Shown one piece after another: positions 12,290 to 64,000 of a stretch of DNA of 64,000 bases. The position numbers and the translations under genes are program-made. Each line of letters begins with the position of its first letter. Within the stretch, counting starts at the first letter, position 1. Below the pieces are notes generated by a model. That model searched no databases. It saw only the letters and a list, made by a program, of their open reading frames with translations, and had not been told where the DNA came from. This DNA is from Mobula hypostoma (Eukaryota), in assembly GCF_963921235.1 (NCBI RefSeq), contig NC_086100.1, positions 198,960,001-199,024,000 on the forward strand, in the 5' to 3' direction.

Positions 12290-14575
12290 AAGATATAGGA
12301 ACAGAAGTAGACCACTCGACCCATCGAGTCTGCTCCAACATTCAATCATGGGCTGATCCAATTCTTCCAGTCAACTCCACTCCCCTGTCTTCTGCCCATA
12401 CCCTTTGATGCCCTGGTTAATCAGGAACTTATCTACCTCTGTCTTAAGTGCGCCCAATGATTTGGTCTCCACAGCCACTTGTGGCAACGAATTCCACAGA
12501 TTTAGCACCCTCTGACTAAAGTCATTTCTCTGCATCTCTGTTCTAAATGGACGTCCTTCAATCCTGAAGTTGTGCCCTCTTGTCCTAGACTCCCCTACCA
12601 TGGGAAATAGCTTTGCCATATCTAATCTGTTCAGGCCTTTTAACATTCAGAATGTTTCTAAGATATCCCCCCTCATTCTCCTGAACTCCTGGGAATACAG
12701 CCCAAGACCTGCCAGACGTTCCTCATATGGTAACCCTTTCATTCCTGGAATCATTCTTGTGAATCTTCTCTGAACCCTCTCCAACGTCAGTATATCCTTT
12801 CTAAAATAAGGAGCCCAAAACTGCACACAATGCTCCAAGTGTGGTCTCATGAGTGCCTTATAGAGCCTCAACATCACATTCCTGCTCTTATATTCTATAC
12901 TTCTAGAAATGAATGCCAGCATTGCATTCACCTTCTTCACCACTGACTCAACCTGGAGATTAACCTTTAGGGTATCCTACACAAGGACTCCCAAATCCCT
13001 TTGCATCTCTGCATTTTGAATTCTCGCCCCATCTAAATAAGAGTCTGCCCATTTATTTCTTCCACCAGTGCATGACCATACACTTTCCAACATTGTATTT
13101 CATTTGCCACCCGTTTTTGCCCATTCCCCTAAACTATCTAAGTCTCTCTGCAGGCTCTCCGTTTCCTCAACACTACCCACTCCTCCACCTATCTTTGTAT
13201 CATGGGCAAATTTAGTTACAAATCCAGTAATCCCATAGTCCAAATCATTGATATACTTTGTATAAAGCAGCAGTCCCAACACTGATCCCTGTGGAACTCC
13301 ACTGGTAGCTGGCAGCCAGACAGAATAGGATCCCTTTATTCCTACTCTCTGTTTCCTGCCGATCAGCCAATGCTCCACCCATTCGAGTAACTCCCTTGGT
13401 GTAATTTCATGGGCTCTTATCTTGCTAAGCAACCTCATGTGCGACACCTTCTCAAAGGCCTTCTGAAAATCCAAGTACACCATATCTACTGCATGTAATT
13501 TCCTCAAAATATCGCAGTAGGTTAGTCAGGCAGAATTTTCCTTTCAGGAAACCATGGTGGCTTTGGCCTATCTTGTCATGTGCCTCCAGGTATTCTGTAA
13601 TCTCATCCCTAACAACTGATTCCGACAATTTACCAACCACTGATGTCAGGCTAACAGGTCTATAGTTTCCTTTCTGCTGCCTCCCACCCTTCTTAAATAG
13701 CGGAGTAACATTTGCAATTTTCCAGTCATTGGGTACAATGCCAGAATCTATCGATTCCTGAAAGATCATTGTTAATGCCTCTGCAATCTCCCCAGCTAAT
13801 TCCTTCAAAACCCAAGGGTGCATTCCATCAGGTCCAGGAGATTTATCCACCCTCAGACCATTAAGCTTCCTGAGCACCTTCTCAGTCGTAATTTTCACTG
13901 CACAAACTTCACTTCCATGACACTCTTGAATGTCCAGTATACTGCAGATGTCTTCCACTGTGAAGACTGATGCAAAATACACATTCAGTTCCTCTGCCAT
14001 CTCTGTGTCTCTCAGTACAATATTTCCAGCGTCATTTCTATTGGTCCTATATCTACCCTCAACTCTCTTTTACCCTTTATATACTTAAAACAGCTTTTAG
14101 TATCTTCTTTGATATTAGTCACCAGCTCCCTTTAATAATTCAACTTTTCCTTCCTAATGACCTTCTTAGTTTCCTTCTGCAAATTTTTAAAAGCTTCCAA
14201 ATCCTCTATCTTCCCACTAGCTTTGGCTTCCTTGTATGCCCTCTCTTTTGCTTTTACTTTGGCTCTGACTTGACAGCCATGGTAGTGTCCTGCTTCCATT
14301 CAAAATTTCTTCTTATTTGGAATATATCTGTCTTGCACTTCCCTAATTTTTCGCAGAAACTCCAGCCATTGCTGCTTTGCTGTCCTTCCTGCAAATGTCC
14401 CTTTCCAGTCAACTTTGGCCAGTTCCCCTCTCATGCCATTGCAATTTCCTTTATTCCACTGAAATACTGACACATTGGAATTTAGTTTGTCCTTCTCAAG
14501 TTTCAAAGTAAACTCGATCATATCGTGATCACTGTTTCCTAAGGGTTCCTTAACCTTTAGCTGGCTTATCACCAA
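12290..14575 (-). mobile_element. CR1 LINE ORF2, moderately decayed, second subfamily
   Basis: ORFs 12371-14698: [36 protein letters not shown]; stops, frameshifts and a small deletion. Confidence 0.93.
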
Positions 14576-15145
14576 AATTATGTGTATAATTTTGTACACA
14601 TCTATCAAATCTCCCCTCATTGTCCTACGCTCCAGGGAATAAAGTCCTAGTCTATTCAAACCCTCCCTAGAACTGAGATCCTCAAGTCCTGACAACATAC
14701 TTGTAAATTTTCTCTCCTGTCACCTCGCAGTGGCGCAAACTTGAAGGAAGACTGCCCCAGCCTATCCAGGGAAGGAGGGAGAGAGTGAATCAGTGTGGCC
14801 AGAGCTGAGCAACAACACACTGCTCCTCTGCACATCCCACTGCGACTACCACCATCTCCCCCCCCCAATTACCCCAACCCACCTACACCCCTCCTTCAAT
14901 ACTCTACCCACACCACTCATCCCCTATCCAGCCATATAACTCAAGCCCTCCGATCCAGGCAACATAATTGTGAACCTCTCCCAGCTTAATCATGTTGTTC
15001 CAGTAATGTGGTGATCAGAACTGAACACGGTACCCCAAGTGCACCCAAGAAACATCTTATACATCCCAACTCTTCAACTTGATACCATTACAGATAAAAA
15101 TGTCAGACACCTTCACCACCCTGTAGACCTGTGTCTCCACTTTCA

Positions 15146-16626
15146 TAGAAACATAGAAAATAGGTGCAGGAGTAGGCCATTCGGCCCTTCGAGCCTGCAC
15201 CGCCATTTATTATGATCATGGCTGATCATCCAACTCAGAACCCCGCCCCAGCCTTCCCTCCATACCCCCTGATCCCCGTAGCCACAAGGGCCATATCCAA
15301 CTCCCTCTTAAATATAGCCAATGAACTGGCCTCAACAGTTTCCTGTGGCAGAGAATTCCACAGATTCACCACTCTCTGTGTGAAGAAGTTTTTCCTAATC
15401 TCGGTCCTAAAAGGCTTCCCCTCTATCCTCAAACTGTGACCCCTCGTTCTGGACTTCCCCACAATCGGGAACAATCTTCCTGCATCTAGCCTGTCCAATC
15501 CTTTTAGGATCTTATACGTTTCAATCAGATCCCCCCACAATCTTCTAAATTCCAACGAGTACAAGCCCAGTTCATCCAGTCTTTCTTCATATGAAAGTCC
15601 TGCCATCCCAGGAATCAATCTGGTGAACCTTCTTTGTACTCCCTCTATGGCAAAGATGTCTTTCCTCAGATTAGGGGACCAAAACTGCACACAATACTCC
15701 AGGTGTGGTCTCACCAAGGCCTCGTACAACTGCAGTAGTACCTCCCTGCTCCTGTACTCGAATCCTCTCGCTATAAATGCCAGCATACCATTCGCCTTTT
15801 TCACCGCCTGCTGTACCTGCATGCCCACTTTCAATGACTGGTGTATAATGACACCCAGGTCTCGTTGCACCTCCCCTTTTCCTAATCGGCCACCATTCAG
15901 ATAATAATCTGTTTTCCTATTTTTGCCACCAAAGTGGATGACTTCACATTTATCCACATTAAATTGCATCTGCCATGAATTTGCCCACTCACCCAACCTA
16001 TCCAAGTCACCCTGCATCCTCTTCACTGCTAACACTGCCACCCAGCTTTGTGTCATCCGCAAACTTGGAGATGCTGCATTTAATTCCCTCATCCAAGTCA
16101 TTAATATATATTGTAAACAACTGGGGTCCCAGCACTGAGCCTTGCGGTACCCCACTAGTCACCGCCTGCCATTCTGAAAAGGTCTCGTTTATTCCCACTC
16201 TTTGCTTCCTGTCTGCTAACCAATTCTCCACCCACACCAATACCTTACCCCCAATACCGTGTGCTTTAAGTTTGCACACTAACCTCCTGTGTGGGACCTT
16301 GTCAACAGCCTTCTGAAAATCCAAATATACCACATCCACTGGTTCTCCCCTATCCACTCTACTAGTTACATCCTCAAAAAATTCTATGAGATTCGTCAGA
16401 CATGATTTTCCTTTCACAAATCTATGCTGACTTTGTCCGATGATTTCACTGCTTTCCAAATGTGCTGTTATCACATCCCTGATAACTGACTCCAGCAGTT
16501 TCCCCACCACCGACGTTAGGCTAACTGGTCTATAATTCCCCGGTTTCTCTCTCCCTCCTTTTTTAAAAAGTGGGGTTACATTAGCCACCCTCCAATCCTC
16601 AGGAACTAGTCCAGAATCTAACGAGA
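15146..16626 (-). mobile_element. Young 5'-truncated CR1 LINE, near-identical to the copy at 5178-6878
   Basis: Colinear sequence with few substitutions; a short deletion near 16020 splits the ORF; same tail. Confidence 0.96.
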
Positions 16627-17291
16627 TGGTTTCAGAACCATGTTCACTATCAATTACAATATACTGCCTCGTTATAGGAAGGATGTGGAAGCTTTAAAGA
16701 GGTTGCAGAGGAGATTCACCAGGACATTGCCTAGATTAACGAGCATGTCTTTGAAACTAGGTTGAGTGACCTAGGGCTCTTCTCTTTTTGAGATTTTTTG
16801 CCAGAACGGAAATCTCAAAGACTAAGGGGCCAGAGTTTTATGGTGATTGGAGGAAAGTACAGAGGGGAAGTCAATGTGTGTATGTTTTTTTAAAAACACA
16901 GTGGAATGCACAGTCAAAAGGTGGTGGTCGAGGCAGATATATTAGGATCATTAAAGAGATGCTTGATTAGGCATGAGGATGAAAGAAGCATAGTCTGTGT
17001 TCGGAACAGGATCAGAAGCTGAAAGGCCAGTACTGTACTGTACTGTGCTGCACTATGTTCAATGTACCATGTTTTCTGTGCCTCTACCCCAAGGTCTCTC
17101 TGTTGTATTACACACCTGCCATTCACTGTGGCTACCTGAGACTGATTAAATTCTCAAAAAGTACACCACTTTAACAGCCATAAACAATGGTCTAAAATCC
17201 ATCCCTCACCAGCTCAGCCTTTGTAATTTGACACTGACCTGTGTGGTTTGGGTTTCTGGTATGGTATGTTGACAGATCCCTTCTGTCACAT

Positions 17292-17456
17292 ACACACATC
17301 AAAGCTGCTGGTGAACGCAGCAGGCCAGGCAGCATCTCTAGGAAGAGGTACAGTCGACGTTTCAGGCTGAGACCCTTTGTCGGGACTGCTGCGTTCACCA
17401 GCAACTTTGATGTGTGTTGCTTGAATTTCCAGCATCTGCAGAATTCCTGTTGTTTG
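17292..17456. mobile_element. Short fold-back PLE-terminal-repeat element with mutated hammerhead core
   Basis: Matches 945-1040, then turns back on itself; exact 14-bp TSD cccttctgtcacat at 17278-17291 and 17457-17470. Confidence 0.88.
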
Positions 17457-17461
17457 CCCTT

Positions 17462-17950
17462 CTGTCACATGGTGGTGTGTGGAGATTCCTTGTGTCACAC
17501 TGTGGTGTGTGGAGATTCCTTGTGAAACACTGTGGTGTGTGCAGAGATTCCTTGTGTCACACTGGGGTGTAGAGATTCCTTGTGATACACTGTGGTGTGT
17601 GGAGAGATTCCTTGTGTCACACTGTGTTGTGTGGAGAGATTCCTTGTGTCACACTCGGGTGTCTGGAGAGATTCTGTGTCACATTGGGGTGTGTGGAGAG
17701 ATTCTGTGTGTCACGCTGGGGTGTGGAAAGATTCCTCATGATACACTGGGGTGTGTGGAGAGATTCCCTGTGATACACTGGGGTGTGTGGAGAGATTCCT
17801 TGTGTCACACTCCGGAATGTGGAGATTCCTTGTGCCACACTGGGGTGTGTGGAGAGATTCCTTGTGTCACACTGTGGTGTGTGGAGAGATTCCCTGTGTC
17901 ACACTGGAGTGTGTGGAGAGATTCCTTGTGCCACACTGTGGTGTGTGGAG
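17462..17950. repeat. Minisatellite, 30-32 bp unit (gtgtcacactggggtgtgtggagagattcctt), about 15 copies
   Basis: Direct tandem periodicity. Confidence 0.93.
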
Positions 17951-18774
17951 TCTGAAAGACTCATCGTCAAACACTGAGCAAAACAAACACACAGTCTGCA
18001 GATTCGCGGGAATATATATTTGGAATCTCTGCCGCGCCTCATTTTGTTCAAATCTTCTTTGATCTGGTTGTAAAAACTTGATTCTTTTTATATATAAAGA
18101 CATTGTGCATTCTATAAACTGTAAAATCAGCTCATTACTTGTTGAGCACCGAGTTTTAACGATTACCCAGCACTGTGACTGATATGGCACCAGGAGTGGC
18201 AGGGAGTGGGGCCCCACCACTCTCCACCCACGCCATCCCAGACACCGGGAGTCAGGAAAGCAGCAGGGATGGTCGTGGGGAGACCAGGAGGAGATGCTCT
18301 CCGGCTGTTTGACAGTTCAGGTGTTTGGGGGGGGGGGGTTAGTAGGGTTGGCCCAGGTCTCTGATGTGTGTCACGAGAAGCAGCATTTGAAAAGATTCAG
18401 TGATCCACTCGAGGCAAGGGTGTCATTACAACTGTGCCATGTCCCTCTGGTGGGCTTCTGATTTGACTGAGGGGGAAAATCACACTGTAGGTGATCTAAA
18501 GGGGCTTCCCAGCAGGATCCTTTTATGCTGTCAGACCAGCCAGGGGTGGGCTGAGGTAGGGGCATTTTTGGAAGGCGATTCAAAACCCCGCCCCAGACCC
18601 CACCTGTGAAAAGGGCTCCCCAGAAGCAGATGCTGTCAATGATCACACTGGCACAGACTGAACGAGCCAAATGGCCTTCATCCAGGGAAATAAGTGAAGG
18701 AGCTTTCTAGACTGTGGTCTAGGACATCTGGTCTGCTGTCCGAAGGAATGTGAAGTGTGCGTGTGAGACCACAG

Positions 18775-19130
18775 ACGTGAGAGCAGAATTAAGCCATTTG
18801 ACCCATCGAGTCTGCTCTGCCATTCCATCATGGCTGATTTATTATCCCTCTCAGACCCCATTCTCCTGCCTTCTCCCCGTAATCTTTGACATCCTTACTA
18901 ATCAAGAACTAATCAACCTCCGCTTTAAATATACCCAATGACTTGGCCACCACAGCCGTCTGTGGCAATGAATTGCACAGATTCACCACCCTCTTGGTGA
19001 TCCTGGTAAAGAAATTTTCCTCACCTCTGATCTAAATGGACACCACTCTATTCAGAGGTTGTGCCCTCTCGTCCTAGATTCCCCCACTATAGGAAACATG
19101 CCCTCTATCTAGGCCCTTCAATATTCAGAA
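18775..19130 (-). mobile_element. CR1 3'-end fragment
   Basis: Same CR1 tail block as 8700-9220 and 52935-53240. Confidence 0.8.
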
Positions 19131-19588
19131 CATTTATGTAGAGAGAGAGAGACAGAGAAAATAAGTATGTGTGCACATTTGTTGTGTGTGTGTGTGTGTG
19201 AGGAAACTGTTGATTTCCCACCCCCCCCACCCCACCCCACATGCTCAGCCCCACCCTCAGACTGTCCAAGCCCATCATTCCAAACTCCACGTTGTCTTCC
19301 AGTCTCTTGGATACTTGATTGCAGACCAAAGGCTCTCTCTGTCCCTGGTGTTGAAGGAGGGAGACCCTGTCCAAATCACGAAAGGTCTGTCTCTGTCTCT
19401 CTCACACACAGAGGTGTGTCCTTCTGGGTCCGCCTGCTCGCCCCTTCCCCTCCAACGACCGACCCTACCCCTGGGAGCGTGCGGGAGGGTGGGTGGGTGC
19501 CTGCTGGAAGGGCAGTGAGAAACAATTAGTCACGGGGCAGGGGGGTGGGTGGAGGACAGGCAAATAACAACTACTTACACGGCCGAGA

Positions 19589-63803
<44,215 letters not shown>

Positions 63804-64000
63804 CTGTAGCAGTGACAAGAGCCCATCATACACCAGTGCTGCTTCTCAGCGTGGGCTCCCAGCTAGAGACACCAAGCCCAACTCACCTCCTGGCACTGAG
63901 CCGAACCTTGCCTCAGGTCCCCAGACACAGGCAAATATACAGGCGAGGAATAAGAGTCCACTCGGCCCCTTGGACCTGTCCTGCCCTGTGCCCCAACTAT

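Noticed and set aside
17462..17950. Common origin of the 30-32 bp minisatellite and the large satellite (shared tgtcacac)
   Set aside because: Only about 8-11 nt shared in low-complexity sequence; cannot be distinguished from chance
63887..63960. Possible further upstream TTC31 exon ending at GGAG|gtgagt (63886)
   Set aside because: Good donor, but no convincing acceptor or recognisable peptide, and the implied intron is only 83 nt

Overview
Eukaryotic vertebrate DNA, most likely a cartilaginous fish (inferred from the repeat landscape: CR1 LINEs with (AGAAACAT)n tails, V-SINE/HE1-type SINEs, Penelope-like and Rex1/Babar elements). The main host feature, not assembled by the ORF track, is a spliced minus-strand gene. 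I reconstructed 14 phase-consistent GT-AG coding exons from 63803 down to a TAG at 19589-19591 (about 529 aa; the 5' end is missing). It resembles TTC31 (TFCGLRRSFL motif, charged coiled coil, WDMSSCFV motif, three TPRs) but continues into a UBA-like domain and a complete RRM. Its introns hold a 13.2-kb G-rich satellite with higher-order duplications, a 48-bp minisatellite, and a 52/53-bp minisatellite whose every unit copies the gene's own splice acceptor. The rest is mostly transposon-derived: young and old CR1 LINEs, a near-full-length Rex1/Babar LINE, and hAT, Tigger-like and Tc1 DNA elements. Penelope-like elements carry minimal hammerhead-ribozyme motifs, and four short fold-back derivatives of their terminal repeat are present, three flanked by recognisable target-site duplications. 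A CpG-rich, mostly non-repetitive block at about 7.7-10.6 kb may be the 5' end of a second, unidentified gene. There is no prokaryotic system or CRISPR array. The giant ORFs in the ORF track are tandem-repeat artefacts. All homology calls are from recall, not database searches.
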